Of a stretch of 64,000 nt of DNA, positions 40,140-55,500 are shown piece by piece. Both the position numbers and the translations under genes were made by a program. Under the pieces are notes generated by a model that saw only the letters and a list, made by a program, of their open reading frames with translations, was not told where the DNA came from and made no database searches. This DNA comes from Eledone cirrhosa (taxonomy: Eukaryota): assembly GCA_964016885.1 (NCBI GenBank), contig OZ024744.1:20398001-20462000 (forward strand), in the 5' to 3' direction. Each line of letters opens with the position of its first letter. Position 1 is the stretch's first letter.

Positions 40140-43100
40140 TGAATCTTAAGAACTGTCTCGTTTTAACAACAGTTGAATCTTAAGATAAACCTCGTTTTAA
40201 CAACAGTTTAATCTTAAGAACTGATTCGTTTTAACAACAGTTGAATCTTAAGACAAAACTCGTTTTAACAACAGTTGAATCTTAAGAACTGACTTGTTCT
40301 AACAACAGTTCAGCCTTAAGAACTGACTCGTTTTAAAACAGTTGAATCGTTAGAACTGACTCGTTTTAACAACGGTTGAATCTTAAAATAAAACTCGTTT
40401 TAACAATAGTTGAATCTCAAGAACTGACTCGTTTTAGCAACAGTTGAATCTTAAGATAAACCTCGTTTTAACAACAGTTGATTCTTAAGAACCGACTCGT
40501 TTTAACAACAGTTAAATCTAAATAACTGACTCGTTTTAACAACAGTTGAATGTTAATATAAAACTCGTTTTAACAATAGTTGAACCTTAAGAACTGACTC
40601 GTTTTAACAACAGTTGAATCTTAAGATAAAACTCGTTTTAACAACTGTTGAATCTTAAGAACTGACTCGTTTTAACAACAGCTGAATCTTAAGATAAAAC
40701 TCGTTTTAACAACAGTTGAATCTTAAGAACTGACTCGTTTTAACAACAGTTGAATCTTAAGAACTGACTCGTTTTAACAACAGTTGAATGTTAAGATAAA
40801 ACTCGTTTTAACAATAGTTGAATCTTAAGAACTGACTCGTTTTAACAACAGTTGAATCTTAAGATAAAACTCGTTTTAACAACAGTTGAATCTTAAGAAC
40901 TGACTCGTTTTAACAACAGCTGAATCTTAAGATAAAACTCGTTTTAACAACAGTTGAATCCTAAGAACTGACTTGTTTTATAAACAGTTCAACCGTAAGA
41001 ACTGACTCGTTTTAACAACAGTTGAATGTTCAAATAAAACTCGTTTTAACAACAGTTGAATCTTAAGAACTGACTCGTTTTAACAACAGTTGAATCTTAA
41101 GAACTGACTCGTTTTAACAACAGTTAAATCTTAATAACTGACTCGTTTTAACAACAGTTGAATGTTAAGATAAAACTCGTTTTAACAACTGTTGAATCTT
41201 AAGAACTGACTCGTTTTAACAACAGCTGAATCTTAAGATAAAACTCGTTTTAACAACAGTTGAATCTTAAGAACTGACTCGTTTTAACAACAGTTAAATC
41301 TTCAAATAAAACTCGTTTTAACAACAGTTGAACATTAAGAACTGTCTCGTTTTAACAACAGTTGAATGTTAAGATAAAACTCGTTTTAACAATAGTTGAA
41401 TCTTAAGAACTGACTCGTTTTAACAACAGTTGAATCTTAAGATAAAACTCGTTTTAACAACAGTTGAATCTTAAGAACTGAATCGTTTTAACAACAGCTG
41501 AATCTTAATATAAAACTCGTTTTAACAACAGTTCAAACTTAAGAAATGACTCGTTTTAACAACAGTTGAATCTTATGAACTGACTCATTTTAACAACAGT
41601 TGAATCTTAAGAACTGATTCGTTTTAACAACAGTTGAATCTTAAGATAAAACTCGTTTTAACAACAGTTGAATCTTAAGAACTGACTCGTTTTAGCAACA
41701 GCTGAATCTTAAGATAAAACTCGTTTTAACAACAGTTGAATCTTAAGAACTGACTCGTTTTAACAACAGCTGAATCTTAATATAAAACTCGTTTTAACAG
41801 CAGTTGAATCTTAAGAACTGTCTCGTTTTAACAACAGTTGAATCTTAAGATAAACCTCGTTTTAACAACAGTTTAATCTTAAGAACTGATTCGTTTTAAC
41901 AACAGTTGAATCTTAAGACAAAACTCGTTTTAACAACAGTTGAATCTTAAGAACTGACTTGTTCTAACAACAGTTCAGCCTTAAGAACTGACTCGCTTTA
42001 AAACAGTTGAATCGTTAGAACTGACTCGTTTTAACAACGGTTGAATCTTAAAATAAAACTCGTTTTAACAATAGTTGAATCTCAAGAACTGACTCGTTTT
42101 AGCAACAGTTGAATCTTAAGATAAACCTCGTTTTAACAACAGTTGATTCTTAAGAACCGACTCGTTTTAACAACAGTTAAATCTAAATAACTGACTCGTT
42201 TTAACAACAGTTGAATGTTAAGATAAAACTCGTTTTAACAATAGTTGAACCTTAAGAACTGACTCGTTTTAACAACAGTTGAATCTTAAGATAAAACTCG
42301 TTTTAACAACTGTTGAATCTTAAGAACTGACTCGTTTTAACAACAGCTGAATCTTAAGATAAAACTCGTTTTAACAACAGTTGAATCTTAAGAACTGACT
42401 CGTTTTAACAACAGTTGAATCTTAAGAACTGACTCGTTTTAACAACAGTTGAATGTTAAGATAAAACTCGTTTTAACAATAGTTGAATCTTAAGAACTGA
42501 CTCGTTTTAACAACAGTTGAATCTTAAGATAAAACTCGTTTTAACAACAGTTGAATCTTAAGAACTGACTCGTTTTAACAACAGCTGAATCTTAAGATAA
42601 AACTCGTTTTAACAACAGTTGAATCCTAAGAACTGACTTGTTTTATAAACAGTTCAACCGTAAGAACTGACTCGTTTTAACAACGGTTGAATGTTCAAAT
42701 AAAACTCGTTTTAACAACAGTTGAATCTTAAGAACTGACTCGTTTTAACAACAGTTGAATCTTAAGAACTGACTCGTTTTAACAACAGTTAAATCTTAAT
42801 AACTGACTCGTTTTAACAACAGTTGAATGTTAAGATAAAACTCGTTTTAACAACTGTTGAATCTTAAGAACTGACTCGTTTTAACAACAGCTGAATCTTA
42901 AGATAAAACTCGTTTTAACAACAGTTGAATCTTAAGAACTGACTCGTTTTAACAACAGTTAAATCTTCAAATAAAACTCGTTTTAACAACAGTTGAACAT
43001 TAAGAACTGTCTCGTTTTAACAACAGTTGAATGTTAAGATAAAACTCGTTTTAACAATAGTTGAATCTTAAGAACTGACTCGTTTTAACAACAGTTGAAT

Positions 43101-46100
43101 CTTAAGATAAAACTCGTTTTAACAACAGTTGAATCTTAAGAACTGAATCGTTTTAACAACAGCTGAATCTTAAGATAAAACTCGTTTTAACAACAGTTCA
43201 AACTTAAGAAATGACTCGTTTTAACAACAGTTGAATCTTATGAACTGACTCATTTTAACAACAGTTGAATCTTAAGAACTGATTCGTTTTAACAACAGTT
43301 GAATCTTAAGATAAAACTCGTTTTAACAACAGTTGAATCTTAAGAACTGACTCGTTTTAGCAACAGCTGAATCTTAAGATAAAACTCGTTTTAACAACAG
43401 TTGAATCTTAAGAACTGACTCGTTTTAACAACAGCTGAATCTTAATATAAAACTCGTTTTAACAGCAGTTGAATCTTAAGATAAAACTCGTTTTAACAAC
43501 AGTTGAATCTTAAGCACTGACTCGTTTTAACAACAGTTGAATCTTAAGATAAAACTCGTTTTAACAACAGTTGAATCTTATGAACTAACTCATTTTAACA
43601 ACAGTTGAATCTTAAGTTAAGACTCGTTTTAACAACAGTTGAATCTTAAGAACTGACTCGTTTTAACGACAGCTGAATCTTAAGATAAAACTCGTTTTAA
43701 CAACAGTTGAATCTTAAGAACTGACTCGTTTTAACAACAGCTGAATCTTAATATAAAACTCGTTTTAACAGCAGTTGAATCTTAAGATAAAACTCGTTTT
43801 AACAACAGTTGAATCTTAAGAACTGACTCGTTTTAACAACAGTTGAATCTTAAGATAAAACTCGTTTTAACAACAGTTGAATCTTATGAACTAACTCATT
43901 TTAACAACAGTTGAATCTTAAGATAAAACTCGTTTTACCAACTGTTGAATCTTAAGAACTGACTCGTTTTAAAAACAGCTGAATCTTAAGATATAACTCG
44001 TTTTAACAACAGTTGGATTTTAAGAACTGACTCGTTTTAACAACAGTGGAATCTTCAAATAAAACTCGTTTTAACAACAGTTGAATCTTAAGAACTGACT
44101 CGTTTTAACAACAGTTGAATCTTAAGATAAAACTCGTTTTAACAACAGTTGAATCTTAAGAACTGACTTGTTTTATCAACAGTTCAACCGTAAGAACTGA
44201 CTCGTTTTAACAACAGTTGAATGTTCAAATAAAACTCGTTTTAACAACAGTTGAATCTTAAGATAAAACTCGTTTTAACAACAGTTGAATCTTAAGAACT
44301 GACTCGTTTTAACAACAGCTGAATCTTAAGATAAAACTCGTTTTAACAACAGTTCAAACTTAAGAAATTACTCGTTTTAACAACAGTTGAATCTTATGAA
44401 CTGACTCATTTTAACAACAGTTGAATCTTAAGAACTGATTCGTTTTAACAACAGTTGAATCTTAAGATAAAACTCGTTTTAACAACAGTTGAATCTTATG
44501 AACTAACTCATTTTAACAACAGTTGAATCTTAAGTTAAGACTCTTTTTAACAACAGTTGAATCTTAAGAACTGACTCGTTTTAACGACAGCTGTATCTTA
44601 AGATAAAACTCGTTTTAACAACAGTTGAATCTTAAAGATAAAACTCGCTTTAACAACAGTTGAATCTTAAGAGCTGACTCGTTTCAACAACAGTTAAATC
44701 TAAATAACTGACTCGTTTTAACAACAGTTGAATGTTAAGATAAAACTCGTTTTAACAATAGTTGAATCTTAAGAACTGACTCGTTTTAACAACAGTTGAA
44801 TCTTAAGATAAAACTCGTTTTAACAACTGTTGAATCTTAAGAACTGACTCGTTTTAACAACAGCTGAATCTTAAGATAAAACTCGTTTTAACAACAGTTG
44901 AATCTTAAGAAATGACTCGTTTTAACAACAGTTGAATCTTCAAATAAAACTCGTTTTAACAACAGTTGAATCTTAAGAACTGATTCGTTTTAACAACAGT
45001 TGAATGTTAAGATAAAACTCGTTATAACAATAGTTGAATCTTAAGAACTGGCTCGTTTTAACAACAGTTGAATCTTAAGATAAAACTCGTTTTAACAACA
45101 GTTGAATCTTAAGAACTGACTCGTTTTAACAACAGCTGAATCTTAAGATAAAACTCGTTTTAACAACAGTTGAATCCTAAGAACTGACTTGTTTTATCAA
45201 CAGTTCAACCGTAAGAACTGACTCGTTTTAACAACAGTTGAATGTTCAAATAAAACTCGTTTTAACAACAGTTGAATCTTAAGATAAAACTCGTTTTAAC
45301 AACAGTTGAATCTTAAGAACTGACTCGTTTTAACAACAGCTGAATCTTAATATAAAACTCGTTTTAACAACAGGTCAAACTTAAGAAATGACTCGTTTTA
45401 ACAACAGTTGAATCTTATGAACTGACTCATTTTAACAACAGTTGAATCTTAAGAACTGATTCGTTTTAACAACAGTTGAATCTTAAGATAAAACTCGTTT
45501 TAACAACAGTTGAATCTTATGAACTGACTCATTTTAACAACAGTTGAATCTTAAGAACTGACTCGTTTTAACGACAGCTGTATCTTAAGATAAAACTCGT
45601 TTTAACAACAGTTGAATCTTAAAGATAAAACTCGCTTTAACAACAATTGAATCTTAAGAACTGACTCGTTTTAACAACAGTTGAATCTTAAGAACTGACT
45701 CGTTTTAACAACAGTTGAATCTTAAGAACTGACTCGTTTTAACAACAGTTGAATGTTAAGATAAAACTCGTTTTAACAATAGTTGAATCTTAAGAACTGA
45801 CTCGTTTTAACAACAGTTGAATCTTAAGATAAAACTCGTTTTAACAACAGTTGAATCTTAAGAACTGACTCGTTTTAACAACAGCTGAATCTTAAGATAA
45901 AACTCGTTTTAACAACAGTTGAATCCTAAGAACTGACTTGTTTTATAAACAGTTCAACCGTAAGAACTGACTCGTTTTAACAACAGTTGAATGTTCAAAT
46001 AAAACTCGTTTTAACAACAGTTGAATCTTAAGAACTGACTCGTTTTAACAACAGTTGAATCTTAAGAACTGACTCGTTTTAACAACAGTTAAATCTTAAT

Positions 46101-49100
46101 AACTGACTCGTTTTAACAACAGTTGAATGTTAAGATAAAACTCGTTTTAACAACTGTTGAATCTTAAGAACTGACTCGTTTTAACAACAGCTGAATCTTA
46201 AGATAAAACTCGTTTTAACAACAGTTGAATCTTAAGAACTGACTCGTTTTAACAACAGTTAAATCTTCAAATAAAACTCGTTTTAACAACAGTTGAACAT
46301 TAAGAACTGTCTCGTTTTAACAACAGTTGAATGTTAAGATAAAACTCGTTTTAACAATAGTTGAATCTTAAGAACTGACTCGTTTTAACAACAGTTGAAT
46401 CTTAAGATAAAACTCGTTTTAACAACAGTTGAATCTTAAGAACTGAATCGTTTTAACAACAGCTGAATCTTAAGATAAAACTCGTTTTAACAACAGTTCA
46501 AACTTAAGAAATGACTCGTTTTAACAACAGTTGAATCTTATGAACTGACTCATTTTAACAACAGTTGAATCTTAAGAACTGATTCGTTTTAACAACAGTT
46601 GAATCTTAAGATAAAACTCGTTTTAACAACAGTTGAATCTTAAGAACTGACTCGTTTTAGCAACAGCTGAATCTTAAGATAAAACTCGTTTTAACAACAG
46701 TTGAATCTTAAGAACTGACTCGTTTTAACAACAGCTGAATCTTAATATAAAACTCGTTTTAACAGCAGTTGAATCTTAAGAACTGTCTCGTTTTAACAAC
46801 AGTTGAATCTTAAGATAAACCTCGTTTTAACAACAGTTTAATCTTAAGAACTGATTCGTTTTAACAACAGTTGAATCTTAAGACAAAACTCGTTTTAACA
46901 ACAGTTGAATCTTAAGAACTGACTTGTTCTAACAACAGTTCAGCCTTAAGAACTGACTCGCTTTAAAACAGTTGAATCGTTAGAACTGACTCGTTTTAAC
47001 AACGGTTGAATCTTAAAATAAAACTCGTTTTAACAATAGTTGAATCTCAAGAACTGACTCGTTTTAGCAACAGTTGAATCTTAAGATAAACCTCGTTTTA
47101 ACAACAGTTGATTCTTAAGAACCGACTCGTTTTAACAACAGTTAAATCTAAATAACTGACTCGTTTTAACAACAGTTGAATGTTAAGATAAAACTCGTTT
47201 TAACAATAGTTGAACCTTAAGAACTGACTCGTTTTAACAACAGTTGAATCTTAAGATAAAACTCGTTTTAACAACTGTTGAATCTTAAGAACTGACTCGT
47301 TTTAACAACAGCTGAATCTTAAGATAAAACTCGTTTTAACAACAGTTGAATCTTAAGAACTGACTCGTTTTAACAACAGTTGAATCTTAAGAACTGACTC
47401 GTTTTAACAACAGTTGAATGTTAAGATAAAACTCGTTTTAACAATAGTTGAATCTTAAGAACTGACTCGTTTTAACAACAGTTGAATCTTAAGATAAAAC
47501 TCGTTTTAACAACAGTTGAATCTTAAGAACTGACTCGTTTTAACAACAGCTGAATCTTAAGATAAAACTCGTTTTAACAACAGTTGAATCCTAAGAACTG
47601 ACTTGTTTTATAAACAGTTCAACCGTAAGAACTGACTCGTTTTAACAACGGTTGAATGTTCAAATAAAACTCGTTTTAACAACAGTTGAATCTTAAGAAC
47701 TGACTCGTTTTAACAACAGTTGAATCTTAAGAACTGACTCGTTTTAACAACAGTTAAATCTTAATAACTGACTCGTTTTAACAACAGTTGAATGTTAAGA
47801 TAAAACTCGTTTTAACAACTGTTGAATCTTAAGAACTGACTCGTTTTAACAACAGCTGAATCTTAAGATAAAACTCGTTTTAACAACAGTTGAATCTTAA
47901 GAACTGACTCGTTTTAACAACAGTTAAATCTTCAAATAAAACTCGTTTTAACAACAGTTGAACATTAAGAACTGTCTCGTTTTAACAACAGTTGAATGTT
48001 AAGATAAAACTCGTTTTAACAATAGTTGAATCTTAAGAACTGACTCGTTTTAACAACAGTTGAATCTTAAGATAAAACTCGTTTTAACAACAGTTGAATC
48101 TTAAGAACTGAATCGTTTTAACAACAGCTGAATCTTAAGATAAAACTCGTTTTAACAACAGTTCAAACTTAAGAAATGACTCGTTTTAACAACAGTTGAA
48201 TCTTATGAACTGACTCATTTTAACAACAGTTGAATCTTAAGAACTGATTCGTTTTAACAACAGTTGAATCTTAAGATAAAACTCGTTTTAACAACAGTTG
48301 AATCTTAAGAACTGACTTGTTCTAACAACAGTTCAGCCTTAAGAACTGACTCGCTTTAAAACAGTTGAATCGTTAGAACTGACTCGTTTTAACAACGGTT
48401 GAATCTTAAAATAAAACTCGTTTTAACAATAGTTGAATCTCAAGAACTGACTCGTTTTAGCAACAGTTGAATCTTAAGATAAACCTCGTTTTAACAACAG
48501 TTGATTCTTAAGAACCGACTCGTTTTAACAACAGTTAAATCTAAATAACTGACTCGTTTTAACAACAGTTGAATGTTAAGATAAAACTCGTTTTAACAAT
48601 AGTTGAACCTTAAGAACTGACTCGTTTTAACAACAGTTGAATCTTAAGATAAAACTCGTTTTAACAACTGTTGAATCTTAAGAACTGACTCGTTTTAACA
48701 ACAGCTGAATCTTAAGATAAAACTCGTTTTAACAACAGTTGAATCTTAAGAACTGACTCGTTTTAACAACAGTTGAATCTTAAGAACTGACTCGTTTTAA
48801 CAACAGTTGAATGTTAAGATAAAACTCGTTTTAACAATAGTTGAATCTTAAGAACTGACTCGTTTTAACAACAGTTGAATCTTAAGATAAAACTCGTTTT
48901 AACAACAGTTGAATCTTAAGAACTGACTCGTTTTAACAACAGCTGAATCTTAAGATAAAACTCGTTTTAACAACAGTTGAATCCTAAGAACTGACTTGTT
49001 TTATAAACAGTTCAACCGTAAGAACTGACTCGTTTTAACAACGGTTGAATGTTCAAATAAAACTCGTTTTAACAACAGTTGAATCTTAAGAACTGACTCG

Positions 49101-51930
49101 TTTTAACAACAGTTGAATCTTAAGAACTGACTCGTTTTAACAACAGTTAAATCTTAATAACTGACTCGTTTTAACAACAGTTGAATGTTAAGATAAAACT
49201 CGTTTTAACAACTGTTGAATCTTAAGAACTGACTCGTTTTAACAACAGCTGAATCTTAAGATAAAACTCGTTTTAACAACAGTTGAATCTTAAGAACTGA
49301 CTCGTTTTAACAACAGTTAAATCTTCAAATAAAACTCGTTTTAACAACAGTTGAACATTAAGAACTGTCTCGTTTTAACAACAGTTGAATGTTAAGATAA
49401 AACTCGTTTTAACAATAGTTGAATCTTAAGAACTGACTCGTTTTAACAACAGTTGAATCTTAAGATAAAACTCGTTTTAACAACAGTTGAATCTTAAGAA
49501 CTGAATCGTTTTAACAACAGCTGAATCTTAAGATAAAACTCGTTTTAACAACAGTTCAAACTTAAGAAATGACTCGTTTTAACAACAGTTGAATCTTATG
49601 AACTGACTCATTTTAACAACAGTTGAATCTTAAGAACTGATTCGTTTTAACAACAGTTGAATCTTAAGATAAAACTCGTTTTAACAACAGTTGAATCTTA
49701 AGAACTGACTCGTTTTAGCAACAGCTGAATCTTAAGATAAAACTCGTTTTAACAACAGTTGAATCTTAAGAACTGACTCGTTTTAACAACAGCTGAATCT
49801 TAATATAAAACTCGTTTTAACAGCAGTTGAATCTTAAGATAAAACTCGTTTTAACAACAGTTGAATCTTAAGCACTGACTCGTTTTAACAACAGTTGAAT
49901 CTTAAGATAAAACTCGTTTTAACAACAGTTGAATCTTATGAACTAACTCATTTTAACAACAGTTGAATCTTATGTTAAGACTCGTTTTAACAACAGTTGA
50001 ATCTTAAGAACTGACTCGTTTTAACGACAGCTGAATCTTAAGATAAAACTCGTTTTAACAACAGTTGAATCTTAAGAACTGACTCGTTTTAACAACAGCT
50101 GAATCTTAATATAAAACTCGTTTTAACAGCAGTTGAATCTTAAGATAAAACTCGTTTTAACAACAGTTGAATCTTAAGAACTGACTCGTTTTAACAACAG
50201 TTGAATCTTAAGATAAAACTCGTTTTACCAACTGTTGAATCTTAAGAACTGACTCGTTTTAAAAACAGCTGAATCTTAAGATATAACTCGTTTTAACAAC
50301 AGTTGGATTTTAAGAACTGACTCGTTTTAACAACAGTGGAATCTACAAATAAAACTCGTTTTAACAACAGTTGAATCTTAAGAACTGACTCGTTTTAACA
50401 ACAGTTGAATCTTAAGATAAAACTCGTTTTAACAACAGTTGAATCTTAAGAACTGACTTGTTTTATCAACAGTTCAACCGTAAGAACTGACTCGTTTTAA
50501 CAACAGTTGAATGTTCAAATAAAACTCGTTTTAACAACAGTTGAATCTTAAGATAAAACTCGTTTTAACAACAGTTGAATCTTAAGAACTGACTCGTTTT
50601 AACAACAGCTGAATCTTAAGATAAAACTCGTTTTAACAACAGTTCAAACTTAAGAAATTACTCGTTTTAACAACAGTTGAATCTTATGAACTGACTCATT
50701 TTAACAACAGTTGAATCTTAAGAACTGATTCGTTTTAACAACAGTTGAATCTTAAGATAAAACTCGTTTTAACAACAGTTGAATCTTATGAACTAACTCA
50801 TTTTAACAACAGTTGAATCTTAAGTTAAGACTCTTTTTAACAACAGTTGAATCTTAAGAACTGACTCGTTTTAACGACAGCTGTATCTTAAGATAAAACT
50901 CGTTTTAACAACAGTTGAATCTTAAAGATAAAACTCGCTTTAACAACAGTTGAATCTTAAGAGCTGACTCGTTTCAACAACAGTTAAATCTAAATAACTG
51001 ACTCGTTTTAACAACAGTTGAATGTTAAGATAAAACTCGTTTTAACAATAGTTGAATCTTAAGAACTGACTCGTTTTAACAACAGTTGAATCTTAAGATA
51101 AAACTCGTTTTAACAACTGTTGAATCTTAAGAACTGACTCGTTTTAACAACAGCTGAATCTTAAGATAAAACTCGTTTTAACAACAGTTGAATCTTAAGA
51201 AATGACTCGTTTTAACAACAGTTGAATCTTCAAATAATACTCGTTTTAACAACAGTTGAATCTTAAGAACTGATTCGTTTTAACAACAGTTGAATGTTAA
51301 GATAAAACTCGTTATAACAATAGTTGAATCTTAAGAACTGGCTCGTTTTAACAACAGTTGAATCTTAAGAACTGACTCGTTTTAACAACAGCTGAATCTT
51401 AAGATAAAACTCGTTTTAACAACAGTTGAATCCTAAGAACTGACTTGTTTTATCAACAGTTCAACCGTAAGAACTGACTCGTTTTAACAACAGTTGAATG
51501 TTCAAATAAAACTTGTTTTAACAACAGTTGAATCTTAAGGTAAAACTCGTTTTAACAACAGTTGAATCTTAAGAACTGACTCGTTTTAACAACAGCTGAA
51601 TCTTAATATAAAACTCGTTTTAACAACAGGTCAAACTTAAGAAATGACTCGTTTTAACAACAGTTGAATCTTATGAACTGACTCATTTTAACAACAGTTG
51701 AATCTTAAGAACTGATTCGTTTTAACAACAGTTGAATCTTAAGATAAAACTCGTTTTAACAACAGTTGAATCTTATGAACTGACTCATTTTAACAACAGT
51801 TGAATCTTAAGAACTGACTCGTTTTAACGACAGCTGTATCTTAAGATAAAACTCGTTTTAACAACAGTTGAATCTTAAAGATAAAACTCGCTTTAACAAC
51901 AATTGAATCTTAAGAACTGACTCGTTTTAA
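40140..51930. repeat. Nested HOR cluster: 1,665-bp tandem unit duplicated again at offset 4,965 bp, plus a 1,393-bp repeat and a roughly 6.3-kb offset copy
   Basis: Marker TTTTA-TAAACAGTTC at 40981, 42646, 45946, 47611, 49004 (spacings 1665, 3300, 1665, 1393). AGCACTG at 43513/49871 (6,358). AGTTGGATTTT at 44011/50301 (6,290). Confidence 0.85.
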
Positions 51931-52229
51931 CAACAGTTGAATCTTAAGACAAAACCCGTTTTAACAACAGTTGAATCTTAAGAACTGTCTCGTTTTAACA
52001 ACAGTTGAATCTTAAGATAAACCTCGTTTTAACAACAGTTTAATCTTAAGAACTGACTCGTTTTAACAACAGTTGAATCTTAAGACAAAACTCGTTTTAA
52101 CAACAGTTGAATCTTAAGAACTGACTTGTTCTAACAACAGTTCAGCCTTAAGAACTGACTCGTTTTAAAACAGTTGAATCGTTAGAACTGACTCGTTTTA
52201 ACAACAGTTGAATTTTAAGATAAAACTTG

Positions 52230-55200
52230 TTTTAACAATAGTTGAATCTTAAGAACTGACTCGTTTTAACAACAGTTGAATCTTAAGATAGAACTCGTTT
52301 TAACAACTGTTGAATCTTAAGAACTGACTCGTTTTAACAACAGCTGAATCTTAAGATAAAACTCGTTTTAACAACAGTTGAATCTTAAGAACTGACTCGT
52401 TTTAACAACAGTTGAGTCTTCAAAAAAAACTCGTTTTAACAACAGTTGAATCTTAAGAACTGACTCGTTTTAACAACAGTTGAATGTTAAGATAAAATTC
52501 GTGTTAACAATAGTTGAATCTTAAGAACTGACTCGTTTTAACAACAGTTGAATCTTAAGATAAAACTCGTTTTAACAACAGTTGAATCTTCAGAACTGAC
52601 TCGTTTTAACAACAGCTGAATCTTAAGATAAAACTCGTTTTAACAACAGTTCAAACTTAAGAACTGACTCGTTTTAACAAAAGTTGAATCTTATGAACTC
52701 ATTCATTTTAACAACAGTTGAATCTTAAGATAACATTCGTTTTAACAACAGTTGAATCTTAAGAACTGATTCGTTTTAACAACAGTTGAATCTTAAGATA
52801 AAACTCGTTTTAACAACAGTTGAATCTTAAGAACGGACTCGTTTTAACAACAGCTGAATCTTAAGATAAAACTCGTTTTAACAACAGTTGAATCTTAAGA
52901 ACTGATTCGTTTTAACAACAGTTCAAACTTAAGAACTGACTCGTTTTAACAACAGTTGAATCTTATGAACTGACTCATTTTAACAACAGTTGAATCTTAA
53001 GATAACATTCGTTTTAACAACAGTTGAGTCTTAAGAACTGACTCGTTTTAACAACAGTTGAATCTTAAGATAAAACTCGTTTTAACAACAGTTGAATCTT
53101 AAGAACTGACTCGTTTTAACGACAGCTGAATCTTAAGATAAAACTCGTTTTAACAACAGTTCAAACTTAAGAAATGACTCGTTTTAACAACAGTTGAATC
53201 TTATGAACTGACTCATTTTAACAAAAGTTGAATCTTAAGAACTGATTCGTTTTAACAACAGTTGAATCTTAAGATAACACTCGTTTTAACAACAGTTGAA
53301 TCTTAAGAACTGACTCGTTTTAACCACAGCTGAATCTTAAGATAAAACTCGTTTTAATAACAGTTGACTCTTAAGAACTGACTCGTTTTAACAACAGCTG
53401 AATCTTTAGATAAAACTCGTTTTAACAACAGTTGAATCTTAAGATAAAACTCGTTTTAACAACAGTTGAATCTTAAGAACTGACTCGTTTTAACAACAGT
53501 TGAATCTTAAGATAAAACTCGTTTGAACAACAGTTGAATCTTATGAACTAACTAATTTTTACAACAGTTGAATCTTAAGTTAAAACTCGTTTTAACAACA
53601 GTTGAATCTTAAGAACTGACTCGTTTTAACAACAGCTGAATCTTAAGATAAAACTCGTTTTAACAACAGTTGAATCTTAAAGAGAAAACTCGCTTTAACA
53701 ACAGTTGAATCTTAAGAACTGACTCGTTTTAACAACAATTGAATCTTAAGACAAAACCCGTTTTAACAACAGTTGAATCTTAAGAACTGTCTCGTTTTAA
53801 CAACAGTTGAATCTTAAGATAAACCTCGTTTTAACAACAGTTTAATCTTAAGAACTGATTCGTTTTAACAACAGTTGAATCTTAAGACAAAACTCGTTTT
53901 AACAACAGTTGAATCTTAAGAACTGACTTGTTCTAACAACAGTTCAGCCTTAAGAACTGACTCGTTTTAAAACAGTTGAATCGTTAGAACTGACTCGTTT
54001 TAACAACGGTTGAATCTTAAAATAAAACTCGTTTTAACAACAGTTGATTGTTAAGAACCGACTCGTTTTAACAACAGTTAAATCTAAATAACTGACTCGT
54101 TTTAACAACAGTTGAATGTTAAGATAAAACTCGTTTTAACAATAGTTGAACCTTAAGAACTGACTCGTTTTAACAACAGTTGAATCTTAAGATAAAACTC
54201 GTTTTAACAACTGTTGAATCTTAAGAACTGACTCGTTTTAACAACAGCTGAATCTTAAGATAAAACTCGTTTTAAGAACAGTTGAATCTTAAGAACTGAC
54301 TCGTTTTAACAACAGTTGAATCTTAAGAACTGACTCGTTTTAACAACAGTTGAATGTTAAGATAAAACTCGTTTTAACAATAGTTGAATCTTAAGAACTG
54401 ACTCGTTTTAACAACAGTTGAATCTTAAGATAAAACTCGTTTTAACAACAGTTGAATCTTAAGAACTGACTCGTTTTAACAACAGCTGAATCTTAAGATA
54501 AAACTCGTTTTAACAACAGTTGAATCCTAAGAACTGACTTGTTTTCTCAACAGTTCGACCGTAAGAACTGACTCGTTTTAACAACAGTTGAATGTTCAAA
54601 TAAAACTCGTTTTAACAACAGTTGAATCTTAAGAACTGACTGGTTTTAACAACAGTTGAATCTTAAGAACTGACTCGTTTTAACAACAGTTAAATCTTAA
54701 TAACTGACGCGTTTTAACAACAGTTGAATGTTAAGATAAAACTCGTTTTAACAACTGTTGAATCTTAAGAACTGACACGTTGTAACAACAGCTGAATCTT
54801 AAGATAAAACTCGTTTTAACAACAGTTGAATCTTAAGAACTGACTCGTTTTAACAACAGTTAAATCTTCAAATAAAACTCGTTTTAACAACAGTTGAACA
54901 TTAAGAACTGTCTCGTTTTAACAACAGTTGAATGTTAAGATAAAACTCGTTTTAACAATAGTTGAATTTTAAGAACTGACTCGTTTTAACAACAGTTGAA
55001 TCTTAAGATAAAACTCGTTTTAACAACAGTTGAATCTTAAGAACTGAATCGTTTTAACAACAGCTGAATCTTAAGATAAAACTCGTTTTAACAACAGTTC
55101 AAACTAAAGAAATGACTCGTTTTAACAACAGTTGAATCTTATGAACTGACTCATTTTAACAACAGTTGAATCTTAAGAACTGATTCGTTTTAACAACAGT

Positions 55201-55500
55201 TGAATCTTAAGATAAAACTCGTTTTAACAACAGTTGAATCTTAAGAACTGACTCGTTTTAGCAACAGCTGAATCTTAAGATAAAACTCGTTTTAACAACA
55301 GTTGAATCTTAAGAACTTACTCGTTTTAACAACAGCTGAATCTTAATATAAAACTCGTTTTAACAGCAGTTGAATCTTAAGATAAAACTCGTTTTAACAA
55401 CAGTTGAATCTTAAGAACTGACTCGTTTTAACAACAGTTGAATCTTAAGATAAAACTCGTTTTAACAGCAGTTGAATCTTATGAACTAACTCATTTTAAC
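52230..55500. repeat. Long-range copy of about 26930-30240 (offset 25,267 bp in its distal part)
   Basis: Rare variants CGTTTTAAGAACAG at 29001/54268, GACTGGTTTT at 29371/54638, CGTTGTAACA at 29511/54778 and GAACT-TACTC at 30051/55318 all give 25,267 bp. Confidence 0.85.
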
